A stretch of DNA of 64,000 bases from Minisyncoccota bacterium (GTDB taxonomy: Bacteria; Patescibacteriota; Minisyncoccia; Moranbacterales; GCA-2747515): positions 93,173 to 157,172 of the forward strand of contig CALDDM010000002.1 in NCBI GenBank assembly GCA_937936355.1, read 5' to 3'. The position numbers and the translations under genes were made by a program. Of this stretch, positions 48,372 through 57,992 are shown in pieces; the first letter of the stretch is position 1, and the number at the start of each line of letters is the position of its first letter. The notes under the pieces were generated by a model, which was not told where the DNA came from, did not search any database, and saw only the letters and a list, made by a program, of their open reading frames with translations.

Positions 48372-49370
48372 ATGTTTGAAGAGTCGGAGAAGGGTGGGTT
48401 GGAGGCAGAGCAAAAGAAGCTTGAGTTTCTTTTGGATTCGATAATGGATCAATTTCTAGAAGATTCAGAGGCATTAAGCCCTTGTGTTGATTTTTTGGAA
48501 TCGCAAATTGGATCGGTGGGGATAGGTTCGAGTGAGTATATTCAGAAAATTGCTGAAATGGAAGGTGTGTTGCATGCGCTGGAAGGTCTTCGAGAGCAAA
48601 GGCATGATAGGCGCAATGATATTAAGCGAAACATTGACAAAAAGATTTTGACGTATTTGAGTGATGATGATGCTTCTATCGCTGGCTTAAGTGAGGTTGT
48701 GGGAGTTTTTGTTCGAGAGCGACAAAGGGCGAAGTTGTTTTTAAAAATGGGAATTACAAAAAAAGAAGCTGAAGAAATGAAACCTGCACACTTGGAGGGT
48801 TTGATGGAATGCTTACGATTGATTGAGGATTCCATTCAGAATACAAAGCCGATAGGTGTAGGAACAACCTCACAAGTTTTTGCTATTACAGGTAAAGATG
48901 AAATTTGTATTAAAGTTCTTAATGAAAAAGATGCGCATAATGCACCTCATGAATTTCAAATGTTGAACGATCTTGATGGTCATGAGGTTGATGGTGTGCG
49001 ATCGCCAAAGCCTCTTAAGGCCTATTCTGGAGGTGATTTGAATGCTGTTTTGATGGAAAATTTTGATGCGACAGAGATGACGCATGTATTAGATGGCGGT
49101 GTCGCGTTGCCGGATCAATTTGATTTGGATGCCTTTGAGGGTTCGTTGAAGGCTTATGTTGATTCGTTGCATGAAATGGGTGTAGCCCATGGAACTATAG
49201 CCCCGAGAAATGTTATGATTGATCGAAAAACAGGTTTGCCGCGCATTGTTGATTTTGGAAATGCTGCAAGAGAAAAGGAGGTTGATCAGAATATGTGGGA
49301 TATTCTTGTTTCAAAAGATTCCGCAGGTGTGCAGCAGTGTATTTCAGGTTTACGTAAGCTTGTTGAGTAA
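48372..49370 (+). CDS. Protein-kinase-like fold protein, probable pseudokinase
   Basis: Gly loop IGVGTTSQV, CIKV, LME and IVDFG are present, but the catalytic loop reads HGTIAPRNV, lacking the catalytic Asp. Confidence 0.78.
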   Translation: MFEESEKGGLEAEQKKLEFLLDSIMDQFLEDSEALSPCVDFLESQIGSVGIGSSEYIQKIAEMEGVLHALEGLREQRHDRRNDIKRNIDKKILTYLSDDDASIAGLSEVVGVFVRERQRAKLFLKMGITKKEAEEMKPAHLEGLMECLRLIEDSIQNTKPIGVGTTSQVFAITGKDEICIKVLNEKDAHNAPHEFQMLNDLDGHEVDGVRSPKPLKAYSGGDLNAVLMENFDATEMTHVLDGGVALPDQFDLDAFEGSLKAYVDSLHEMGVAHGTIAPRNVMIDRKTGLPRIVDFGNAAREKEVDQNMWDILVSKDSAGVQQCISGLRKLVE

Positions 49371-49439
49371 AAGGTTTGGGCATTTTTGATATTGACAAAT
49401 TTGCTCAATGATGTATAGTATAAATAAAGGAGATTTGAT

Positions 49440-49652
49440 ATGATTGACCCCACGGTAGCAAAAAAAGCAATGGAAAAAGCCAAAGAGCTTGTTCGAACAG
49501 GTGGGGAAGGTGATTTTGTAGAATCTGCAAAATCTGAAAAGCTGCCCTTTTATGTGACGTCGGTAGCGGCAGACCTATCCTTTCCCTTACATATTTTGGT
49601 TGTTGAAGGTAAAACCTTCTCAATCGGTCTTAGAAAAGACACTTTAAACTGA
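49440..49652 (+). CDS. Small hypothetical protein (70 aa)
   Basis: Own promoter TTGACA(49392)-16-TATAGT, AAGGAG SD and a terminator overlapping the stop. Confidence 0.75.
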   Translation: MIDPTVAKKAMEKAKELVRTGGEGDFVESAKSEKLPFYVTSVAADLSFPLHILVVEGKTFSIGLRKDTLN

Positions 49653-49676
49653 CCTGTGATGGTCAGTATTTTTTTT
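49648..49676 (+). terminator. Intrinsic terminator
   Basis: ACTGACC-TGTGAT-GGTCAGT followed by ATTTTTTTT. Confidence 0.75.
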
Positions 49677-49787
49677 GAAAAATTGTTACCAAAAAAACAT
49701 GAGGCTTCAATGCTTTGCTTGTTTTTCTTGTTATATTAGCTTGAATAGATTTTGATTATCTGGCGATGTTGTAATCAATGTCGCTCT

Positions 49788-50477
49788 TTATCGCTTCAAG
49801 AAATCTTCATAAGAAATCCAATTGTCCAAGACATCGATATTATCACCCGCTTGCTTGAGGGTGTGTATTTGATGTGACCTGGCAATAATTTCTTTTACAA
49901 ATTCTGCGAGTTTAAAGAGATCTTTATCACCGATGAATCTTACTATGTCCTCATTGCTTGGTATGTGAATTTCTAGATCGGAGCTAATCTTATTCTTGCC
50001 CTGTGTTAAGCTTTGAGCTTTTTTATTTGTGAGTGTGATGCCGATAGACGTGTATGGTAATTTTCCTCGAGCAATATCTTTGAGCTCCTCAAGGGATTTG
50101 CCGTTGTGAATTATTGCATCTGCACCATAGTCAAAATCAACTGGTCTTGCACCAGTTGGTACGAAGCGGTAGTTTTCATCGATTGATTGTAAACCGGTAT
50201 TAATGCCTTCAGCAAAAGCTGAAAGCCTTGGTTCTTCGTGTCGGGTTGCTTGCGCAAAGTCTATGTTTAGAGCGTCAGCGAGAGCGATATGCTTCTTCAT
50301 TACAGCTTTGTTGTTTCTATTTTCAAATACACTAGATCCGCTTTGCAGTGCCTGCATCGCATGGTTTTTGTATTCTTCATACTTTAATGTCGACTTGGCA
50401 TCACCAATAAAAAGGCGCTCTGCTTGTTCGCCGCTTATGTGATGCTCTTCAAATTTTTCTGATTTTAGCCTTTCCAT
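49788..50477 (-). CDS. Hypothetical protein
   Basis: Open frame of about 229 aa from ATG 50477. The ORF-track start at 50537 abuts the upstream terminator. No family recognised. Confidence 0.65.
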   Translation of the reverse strand: MERLKSEKFEEHHISGEQAERLFIGDAKSTLKYEEYKNHAMQALQSGSSVFENRNNKAVMKKHIALADALNIDFAQATRHEEPRLSAFAEGINTGLQSIDENYRFVPTGARPVDFDYGADAIIHNGKSLEELKDIARGKLPYTSIGITLTNKKAQSLTQGKNKISSDLEIHIPSNEDIVRFIGDKDLFKLAEFVKEIIARSHQIHTLKQAGDNIDVLDNWISYEDFLKR

Positions 50478-50537
50478 ATAGATACATCTTATCACGATTA
50501 TATTTTTTGATGATGGTACCACTGGTGATTTATCCAT

Positions 50538-50566
50538 AAAAAAGTAGCAGGTGTTTGCCTGCTACT
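50538..50566 (-). terminator. Intrinsic terminator of the gam-like gene
   Basis: On the minus strand: AGTAGCAGG-CAAACA-CCTGCTACT-TTTTT. Confidence 0.8.
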
Positions 50567-50572
50567 GTAGTA

Positions 50573-51109
50573 TTATGCGATGATTTTATCGATCGCACGG
50601 GTGAAGACGGTGCGCCAACCCTTTACCTTGGGTTTTACGTAGAATTCATCCTGTGCGATATATTTGACGCACGCAACTTTTGGACGATCTTTGAGGAGTT
50701 GATCTCTGTCAACCTCTTCAATTGTACGCACATACTTTTTCAACCCATTTTTTTTCAGGTATTCAACTACGTACTGATCAGAATTTTCTGATTCGACGCG
50801 ACCTGGTGTTTTGCGCCAACCGTATGTTCCAGACAGACTCTCTACTGATTTTTTCTTCTGAGTTAACACTTCTTTACGAGGCTCAGCATAGCTGTGCAAC
50901 ATATAGACCATATGGTCGATCTCTTGCGTAAGCGACGCAAGAAGCGAGGCGTGTGAATCTTTGGCTTTCTGGATCTCTTCATCCAAGGCCTTTTTTTCAG
51001 ATTGTAGGGACTGTGTCTTGAATCTGATTTGATCAAGTAGTTTCTGCGCCTCATCCGCAGATTTAGGTGTAAGGATGTTTGAAATTTTAAAGCGATTGGC
51101 AATACCCAT
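50573..51109 (-). CDS. Mu Gam-like host-nuclease inhibitor (DNA end-binding) protein
   Basis: Long N-terminal coiled coil, then KKSVESLSGTYGWRKTP...YVRTIEEVDRDQLL...DEFYVKP, the pattern of the Mu Gam family. AGGAG lies 6 nt before ATG 51109. Confidence 0.82.
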   Translation of the reverse strand: MGIANRFKISNILTPKSADEAQKLLDQIRFKTQSLQSEKKALDEEIQKAKDSHASLLASLTQEIDHMVYMLHSYAEPRKEVLTQKKKSVESLSGTYGWRKTPGRVESENSDQYVVEYLKKNGLKKYVRTIEEVDRDQLLKDRPKVACVKYIAQDEFYVKPKVKGWRTVFTRAIDKIIA

Positions 51110-51174
51110 GGGCATCTCCTTGTGATGTAAATGAACGATATGTCTACACTACAGATATCTTTCTTATTTGTCTT

Positions 51175-51196
51175 TTTGTCGACGGCACTCGACAAA
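51175..51196. promoter_or_regulatory. Operator-like inverted repeat between gam and the TrmB gene
   Basis: TTTGTCGA-CGGCAC-TCGACAAA. The right arm is also the -35 of TCGACA-17-TATTCT. Confidence 0.65.
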
Positions 51197-51223
51197 TATT
51201 GATCGATTTGATATTCTCAAGCT

Positions 51224-51976
51224 ATGAATATTTCTCACATATTAGTGCATCTTGGCTTCACAGAAGCGCAACAAAAGGTATACCTCTCCCTTCTTTATGA
51301 TGGTGAGGCTGGTGCTCGCATGATCTCCTCTCGCACAGGTATTACGCGGACATCTGTTTATGATCAAATTGAAACATTGAAAGACCGAGGCTTGGTCGCC
51401 GACTACACAACAGAAGGGGCGACAACTTTTCTCGTCAAAGACCCAGAGCAGATTGTGCGACTACTCAAGGAGGATATTGACGTTACGCAAGGACATATTG
51501 CGTATGCGCAAGATATTTTGCCAACATTACAAAAGAGGGTGTCGTCTGATCAGCCACGTATTGTCTTTTTTGAGGGGGTGGAGGGCATAAAGCAGATGAT
51601 GAAGGACATGTTGTGGCATGACGGTATAATGCTGCAGATTTATTGGTCATACAGTGAGACGTTGAAAGTTTTTGGAGAGGACTTTTTGCTGTGGTTTAAT
51701 AGTCGTCGGATAAAAAATGAGATTGCTGTACAGGCTATTTGGCCTGTGGGAATGAAAAAAAAGAAAGATCATATCTTTGCTGACAGGGACAGGCTTGTTG
51801 AGCGGCGTTATGTGACATGTGCCGATGTGCCAGCGATGAGTTATATTATCTACGAAGATAAAGTGCTATTCCTTAGCTCCGCTCGTGAGGCTTTTGGTTA
51901 TGTTGTGACGAGTCGTGAGCATGCCACATTGCAGCGGATGCAGTTCCAGGCTTTGTGGAAGGCGTCTAAGGTGTGA
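51224..51976 (+). CDS. TrmB family transcriptional regulator
   Basis: LGFTEAQQKVYLSLL...ISSRTGITRTSVYDQIETLKDRGLV (HTH), FFEGVEGIK and IYEDKV. Confidence 0.9.
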   Translation: MNISHILVHLGFTEAQQKVYLSLLYDGEAGARMISSRTGITRTSVYDQIETLKDRGLVADYTTEGATTFLVKDPEQIVRLLKEDIDVTQGHIAYAQDILPTLQKRVSSDQPRIVFFEGVEGIKQMMKDMLWHDGIMLQIYWSYSETLKVFGEDFLLWFNSRRIKNEIAVQAIWPVGMKKKKDHIFADRDRLVERRYVTCADVPAMSYIIYEDKVLFLSSAREAFGYVVTSREHATLQRMQFQALWKASKV

Positions 51977-52023
51977 TGCTTCGCATGATTTTTGTGTGGT
52001 GATAATTCGTGTATGATGAAACT

Positions 52024-54882
52024 ATGGTAACGAAAGAAAAAAATAAGCGGAAACTTCTGATGCTGCTGGACGGAAATGCGATTATCCACAGGGCTTTTCA
52101 TGGTGTGCCACCACTCACACTTGCCGATGGAACACCCTCAAATGCTGTGTATGGTTTTGCCTCGACACTTTTGTCAGTTCTAGAAAAATTTCAACCTGAT
52201 TATGTTGTTGCTACATTTGATTTGCCTGGAAAAACCTTCCGTCATGACTTGTATCCTGAGTATAAAGGGAAGCGTAAAGCGATGGATGAAGACTTGATAC
52301 CGCAGTTCGACCTTGTTAAGGAGGTCGTACGGGGCTTGAATATTGAAATTGTGGAGAAGTCTGGTTTTGAGGCTGATGATGTGATTGGCACCCTTGGCGT
52401 GCAGGCTACTGCTGCGGGTGTTGATACGGTTATAGTGACGGGGGATCGGGATACATTGCAACTTGTAGATGATCATGTGAAGGTTTTTACGATGTCACGT
52501 GGTCTGCATGATATGCGCTTGTACGATGCAGAAGCTGTCTATGACAAGATGGGTGTGCATGTGGCGCAGGTTGTTGATTTTAAGGGTATTTGTGGAGATA
52601 GTAGTGATAATATCCCTGGCGTTAAGGGTATTGGTGAAAAAGGAGCGCAGCAACTTCTTGAGAAATATGGTGATTTGGACGGCGTGTATGCCCATATCGA
52701 TGAGATTTCTGGAGCTCAGCATAAAAAGCTTGTTGCAGACAAGGAGATGGCTTATCTTTCTCGTACGCTTGGTGTGATTGATTGCGCTGTGCCTGTGAAG
52801 TTGTCTTTGTCTGCATCTAGTAGTGCTGACATTGACTTTTCTGGTGGTCGTGCGGTTTTTGGGAAGTTTCAGTTTACGAGTCTTATGAAGCGACTTGATA
52901 AAAAGAATGCTCTTGAGGGCGATCAGTCTGAGGGTGATCAGCGCGACTCATCTAGTAGTGCAGAGGGTAGTGTTTCTCAGAAGAAAAAACAGACTAAAAG
53001 CTCAAAAAAATCTACCAAGAAAGATGGTTCGAGTATGGAGAATTTTCGTATTTTGGAGGGTGTTCTTGCGCGCGAATATATGGGTGTGCATGAGCGCGAT
53101 GTAGTTTGTGCTGTTTTTGATTTTGATGCTTCACGTATTGTGGGAGCTGCTTTTGTTTGTGTGTCTGCCGATGGTGAGGTGGGTAGTGCTGCGTATATTC
53201 CACGTAGTGATGATTTGGCTCAGGCATTTGATTTTTTTATTGGTCCGCAGGGTGCTCGTTTGTGTGTTTATGACGCAAAGGCTCTGTGGCATTCCTGCAA
53301 GAGTGTAGTGAGTCATGATTCTGATTCTCGTATAACATCAGAATCGCGCTGCTCTCAGGTGGAGCTTTTGCCTGTTATTTGGCGAGATGTACACCTTCTT
53401 GCGTATAGTGCGCGCACGGGGCGCAAGATCGACGTGGAGAGTTTGGTCTATGAAGTCGTTGGCAGTGCTTATGTGGAATCAGTTGCTGGTGCGCAGATGG
53501 CGCTTGATTTGCGCGATGATGGTGCTGTGCGTATGACGTGTGCGCAGCAGGCTTGGCAGCAGGCAAAGGTTTATGTGCGAATGGTGGCTGAGATGGATGA
53601 TATTGCATCGCATCAGCGAGATGTTTCTCCTAGAACGTCACAAGACGTGCCTACTGTGTGGCATGTTTTTAATGATCTTGAAATGCCACTTGCACGGATA
53701 CTGTATGACATGGAATGTGTGGGTATCGGTTTCGATGAGCGTGTTTTTGAAAAGATCTCCACTAAGACAGAGAAGTTACTTGCTCGCTTGACGCAGGAGA
53801 TTTATGACCTTGCAGGGAGTGAGTTTAACATTAATTCTACAAAGCAATTGCGCACTGTCCTTTTTGAGACACTGCGGATTCCTACGGACAGTATCAAGAA
53901 AACGAAGACAGGCTTCTCAACTGCTTCTAGCGAGCTTGAGAAAATAAAGCAACTCCATCCTATTGCGCATAAAATTGAATCGTATCGTGAGCTTTTTAAA
54001 CTGAAAACGACTTATATTGACACTTTGCCACTTCTTGCACGTGTCGATAGTCGTATTCATACAACATACAATCAGGCTGTGACGTCGACTGGTCGTCTCT
54101 CTTCCTCTGATCCTAATTTGCAAAATATCCCTGTACGCACTGAGGCTGGTCGCGCTTTGCGTGAAGCCTTTGTTGCCCGTTCTGGTTATAGCTTTATAAG
54201 TGCTGATTACTCACAGGTTGAATTGCGATGCGTGGCACATGTCGCTCAGGATAAGGCGATGATTCAGGCATTTCATGAGAATGCAGATATTCACACTTTT
54301 ACGTCAGCTCGCGTTATGGGTAAGGCGATGGAGGACATAACTAAAGCAGAGCGATCACGTGCAAAGGAGTTGAATTTTGGTCTGATTTACGGCATGGGAG
54401 CAACGAGTTTTGCCAAGGCTTCAGGTTTGAGTAATGCTGAGGCGCGTGCATTTATAGAGAAGTATTTTGACACATTTCATGGTGTGCGTGACTATATGGC
54501 ACAAACAAAGATTTTGGCACATGAGAATGGCTTCGTGGAGACAATTGAAGGGCGTCGTTACCATATAAATGGTATAGCATCCAAGAATGCGATGATGCGA
54601 GCTGGTGCCGAGCGTGCTGCGATTAATATGCCGATACAGGGATTGGCAGCTGAGCTTATGAAGCTGGCAATGATCGCAGTTGATTGTCATATCAGATCAC
54701 ACTACCCCGATGATGATGTCCAAATGCTATTGCAGGTGCATGATGAAATTATTCTGGAAGTGCCAGACGTAATTGTGAAAGATGTCATGGTGGATGTGCG
54801 TAAGGTTATGGAGGGTGTGCACACTTTGGATGTGCCACTTGTTGCCGATGCTGAGATTGGACAGCATTGGGGTGCATTATAG
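52024..54882 (+). CDS. polA: DNA polymerase I
   Basis: 5' nuclease motifs LLDGNAIIHRAF, EADD, TGDRD, GDSSDNIPGV. Polymerase motifs TGRLSSSDPNLQNIP, DYSQVELR, AKELNFGLIYG, QVHDE. The 3'-5' exonuclease region is degenerate. Confidence 0.98.
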   Translation: MVTKEKNKRKLLMLLDGNAIIHRAFHGVPPLTLADGTPSNAVYGFASTLLSVLEKFQPDYVVATFDLPGKTFRHDLYPEYKGKRKAMDEDLIPQFDLVKEVVRGLNIEIVEKSGFEADDVIGTLGVQATAAGVDTVIVTGDRDTLQLVDDHVKVFTMSRGLHDMRLYDAEAVYDKMGVHVAQVVDFKGICGDSSDNIPGVKGIGEKGAQQLLEKYGDLDGVYAHIDEISGAQHKKLVADKEMAYLSRTLGVIDCAVPVKLSLSASSSADIDFSGGRAVFGKFQFTSLMKRLDKKNALEGDQSEGDQRDSSSSAEGSVSQKKKQTKSSKKSTKKDGSSMENFRILEGVLAREYMGVHERDVVCAVFDFDASRIVGAAFVCVSADGEVGSAAYIPRSDDLAQAFDFFIGPQGARLCVYDAKALWHSCKSVVSHDSDSRITSESRCSQVELLPVIWRDVHLLAYSARTGRKIDVESLVYEVVGSAYVESVAGAQMALDLRDDGAVRMTCAQQAWQQAKVYVRMVAEMDDIASHQRDVSPRTSQDVPTVWHVFNDLEMPLARILYDMECVGIGFDERVFEKISTKTEKLLARLTQEIYDLAGSEFNINSTKQLRTVLFETLRIPTDSIKKTKTGFSTASSELEKIKQLHPIAHKIESYRELFKLKTTYIDTLPLLARVDSRIHTTYNQAVTSTGRLSSSDPNLQNIPVRTEAGRALREAFVARSGYSFISADYSQVELRCVAHVAQDKAMIQAFHENADIHTFTSARVMGKAMEDITKAERSRAKELNFGLIYGMGATSFAKASGLSNAEARAFIEKYFDTFHGVRDYMAQTKILAHENGFVETIEGRRYHINGIASKNAMMRAGAERAAINMPIQGLAAELMKLAMIAVDCHIRSHYPDDDVQMLLQVHDEIILEVPDVIVKDVMVDVRKVMEGVHTLDVPLVADAEIGQHWGAL

Positions 54883-54992
54883 ATTTCGTCTCTTTTTTGG
54901 GTATTAGAGTTATTTGCTTGAAAAGCTTTGTAGAGGAGATCGTGATTGGGTGTTGTGTTATAATGATTTTTATAAGAATTATAGGGGAATTT

Positions 54993-56249
54993 ATGGAGCA
55001 GATTATACATTTTGTCCGACAGTATTGGAAGATTTTTGTGCCGGTTTTGATTGCTCTTTTGGCAATTGTGTTGCTTAAGGGTTGTACTAAGAAGGATGAT
55101 GTTGTTGTTGATACGAAAGAAGAGGTTCAGGAAGTGGTGCAAGGTGATTATTTGCCCTATGATGCCCCTGCAAATGCTTCACCGCTCACCGGTGAGTCGT
55201 GTGCGAACTACGATAAGCGTGCATTTGGGGTGATGTTTTCTGGTAGTACAGATGCTCGACAGGTATATCATAACCTTGATAAGGCGGATTTTGTTTTGGA
55301 GATGCCACATCGTCCGATGCATGGTGAGCCAAGAATTCTTGCTGTTTATCAGTGTGATACTCCTGACAAAGTTGGTCCGATGCGAAGTGGTCGCGTAGAT
55401 CATATCAGTGTTGCACAGTCAGTTGGTGCAATTTATGCGCCATGGGGTAAGTCAAGCATTGCGGGGGCCCTTCTTTCTCGAGAGAGTGTCGAGCATATAG
55501 AGGTTGGTGACGGTATTCGTGCAAATGATGGGTCTCGTGTTGGCTTTATAGATCGCAGTATACGTATGACGAGTGCCAACCCTGCCTTTGCTGATGTGTC
55601 AGGCTTGATAAGTGCTGCTGCAGACCGTGGGTATAATACTTCATCTCAAACAGAGTCTTTTGCGCATCAGGGCGAGCCAGCTCTTGAGGATCGACCGAGC
55701 TATCAGAAGATTAATGTGAAATTTGAAGGAGATAGTCGGGTGCAGTATTTCTATGATAAAGAGACTAACAGCTATCTGCGTACATATGGCGATGATCCGC
55801 ATGTTGACTTTGTCTCGAAGCAACAGTATGCCCCAAAGAATATTATTACAATCATCACCAAAAAAGAAGCGTGGTGGGTTGATAATGATTTTGCGCAACG
55901 TGGTCTAGATAATCCATGGGAGGGTGTGCCGACTGATTATCAAAATCGTGATAATGGTCAATATCCAAACATGCAGTTAGGAGATCCGTGGTTTGATACA
56001 AAGTTTGAGGATGAGGCGCGATTCTTCTTTAATGGTCGCGAGATCGATGGTACGTGGAGGCGAGCTGATGCGCCAAATGCCCCATTTGAGTTTTTTGATG
56101 AGAATGGCGCCCCTATTCGTTTTGCACCAGGTCAAATATGGCTCCATGTCTTGGGACACAAGCAGAGAGTTTCACATACATCTGAGGAGGAGTATCTTGA
56201 AGAGCAGGCTAAGGCAGAGCGCGAAGCGGCATCTGGTGGTGCGCTCTAG
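54993..56249 (+). CDS. DUF3048 (YerB-like) exported protein, probable lipoprotein
   Basis: SPLTG, ADFVLE, RILAVY, VGPMRSGR, YFYD...SYLR and PGQIW; hydrophobic N-terminus ending LKGC. Start moved to ATG 54993. Confidence 0.8.
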   Translation: MEQIIHFVRQYWKIFVPVLIALLAIVLLKGCTKKDDVVVDTKEEVQEVVQGDYLPYDAPANASPLTGESCANYDKRAFGVMFSGSTDARQVYHNLDKADFVLEMPHRPMHGEPRILAVYQCDTPDKVGPMRSGRVDHISVAQSVGAIYAPWGKSSIAGALLSRESVEHIEVGDGIRANDGSRVGFIDRSIRMTSANPAFADVSGLISAAADRGYNTSSQTESFAHQGEPALEDRPSYQKINVKFEGDSRVQYFYDKETNSYLRTYGDDPHVDFVSKQQYAPKNIITIITKKEAWWVDNDFAQRGLDNPWEGVPTDYQNRDNGQYPNMQLGDPWFDTKFEDEARFFFNGREIDGTWRRADAPNAPFEFFDENGAPIRFAPGQIWLHVLGHKQRVSHTSEEEYLEEQAKAEREAASGGAL

Positions 56250-56261
56250 TCTTTTACTGAT

Positions 56262-56300
56262 AAAGCGTCATACTGCGCGGTTGTAGTTGGCGCTTTTTTT
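56262..56300 (+). terminator. Intrinsic terminator
   Basis: AAAGCGTCA...TGGCGCTTTTTTT hairpin after the stop at 56249. Confidence 0.6.
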
Positions 56301-56352
56301 GTTGCTCCTATAGAATGTATACAAGGTAAGCGATATTTTTGACTATACATCT

Positions 56353-57300
56353 GTGATATTCTTTTTTTATGGCAAAGAGGCATTTCAACCGCTTGAGCGT
56401 ATTAGAGCGCTACGAGATCGATTTTTGGTAAAAAATCCTGCAGGCAGTGGCTACCATTTTCTTGATTGTGATGACGGAAAGAGTCTTGGGGAAATTGGCC
56501 ATGTACTTAGCGCACAAAATCTCTTTGCTCAGGAGCAACTTGTCGTGATCAAAGATTTTTTCTCCTGCAATGATGCTCATGCTCAAAAAGAGTTGATTCC
56601 ACTTCTTGAGCGCTCGGGCGATGATGTGATTGTTGTTTGGGAGCGGTGCGTTCCCCGCAAAAATGCAAAGCTCTTTACGTGGCTTGTGCAGAATTCTTCT
56701 GACACGCAATTATATAACTTTCTTGAGGGTCCAGCGCTATCTCAGTGGGTTTCAGGTCGGTTTAAGTGGTATGGAGGAGGCGCTGATGCACGTGCTTGCA
56801 CTCTACTTGCTTCTGGCATTGGTAACGATCTTTTTCGCCTTGATTGTGAGATACTTAAACTTGTAACGTATGCTTCTGGACGTACAGTTACGTCGCAAGA
56901 CATTATGCTGCTCGTGAAGATGGACGTGGGTGGTGATATTTTTGGTGCTGTAGAGATTCTTGCGTATGGTGATCGTGTGCAGGCTTTACGTCTCATGCAT
57001 AAACAAATTGCTTCGGGGGATGATATTCATTATATTTTTTCTATGTACTTGTATCAGGTGCGAACACTCCTGGCAATATCTGGTATGTACCATGATAAAG
57101 ATCAGAGAGATAAGTCTATTATCGCAAAAGCGTGTAAATTACATCCTTATGTTGTGCAGAAATCCTTACCAATTCTTGCGAGGGTTTCTCAGCGTCAGTT
57201 ACTGCGTGCGCATGACCTACTCGCATCTATCGATCAAGATATGAAGCTTGGAAAAAGAGATGTGCAGACGGCGCTTACACACTTTGTGACCACCTTTTAG
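56353..57300 (+). CDS. holA: DNA polymerase III subunit delta
   Basis: MIFFFYGKE, NLFAQEQLVVIKD, EILKLVTY, LHPYVVQK and DQDMKLG; convergent on rpsT, the usual arrangement. Confidence 0.9.
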   Translation: MIFFFYGKEAFQPLERIRALRDRFLVKNPAGSGYHFLDCDDGKSLGEIGHVLSAQNLFAQEQLVVIKDFFSCNDAHAQKELIPLLERSGDDVIVVWERCVPRKNAKLFTWLVQNSSDTQLYNFLEGPALSQWVSGRFKWYGGGADARACTLLASGIGNDLFRLDCEILKLVTYASGRTVTSQDIMLLVKMDVGGDIFGAVEILAYGDRVQALRLMHKQIASGDDIHYIFSMYLYQVRTLLAISGMYHDKDQRDKSIIAKACKLHPYVVQKSLPILARVSQRQLLRAHDLLASIDQDMKLGKRDVQTALTHFVTTF

Positions 57301-57379
57301 AGAACGTATCCATGCGCTATGTGTGGCCTGCTGATGAGATTTTGATGGGTGTTGTTACAAAATATATTCTTTTTCCAAT

Positions 57380-57420
57380 AAAAAAACCACTCTCGTGCAG
57401 CACGCGTTTTGAGTGGTTTT
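57380..57420. terminator. Bidirectional intrinsic terminator
   Basis: AAAAAAACCACTC...GAGTGGTTTT between holA and rpsT. Confidence 0.7.
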
Positions 57421-57435
57421 CTCTGAAAGAGTTGG

Positions 57436-57705
57436 CTATTTTGTAGTAGCTTCTTTGAGCGCTTTTGAAAGGCGTGATTTTTTACGTGATGCCGCGTTTT
57501 TCTTGATCACGTTTTTTTGGACGCCTTTGTCAAGGCTTTTTTGTACATTGATGAAGAGATCCTTTGCATCGTCGAGCTTTTTTTCTTGGAGTGCTGTTTG
57601 AAAAGCTTTGATCGCGCTACGAAATGATCCGCGTACTTGTCGGTTGCGTAGCGTTTTTGTGACTGATTTACGCATCTCTTTCTTGGCAGAATTTTTGATT
57701 GGCAT
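57436..57705 (-). CDS. rpsT: 30S ribosomal protein S20
   Basis: MPIKNSAKKEMR...LDKGVQKNVIKKNAASRKKSRL. Confidence 0.97.
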   Translation of the reverse strand: MPIKNSAKKEMRKSVTKTLRNRQVRGSFRSAIKAFQTALQEKKLDDAKDLFINVQKSLDKGVQKNVIKKNAASRKKSRLSKALKEATTK

Positions 57706-57992
57706 AGTGGCTTATTTTCTAGATATTCTCTAGAGAAAGTTAAGATTTTACTGGAGGGTGATGTGTTGTAGATACAGGCAAGAGCGTGCCCCAACAAATC
57801 GAATTTACGGCTAGTTGATTATTTATATCACAAGATGTAGCTTTCTGCAAGATCTTCGTTTTGTTTTCTATATGGTCAAAATTCTTTTTGTGGATTTGTA
57901 GTGGTATACCTGTTAGAATTGCAGTATTATTCGCATGCAAATATAATATTTTTGACTGTAGATTTTGTGGGTGATTTTCTAAATTATATGTT

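Noticed and set aside
49400..52000. Prophage around the gam-like gene
   Set aside because: No terminase, capsid, tail, transposase or integrase genes; the flanks are tsaE/cyclophilin and polA.
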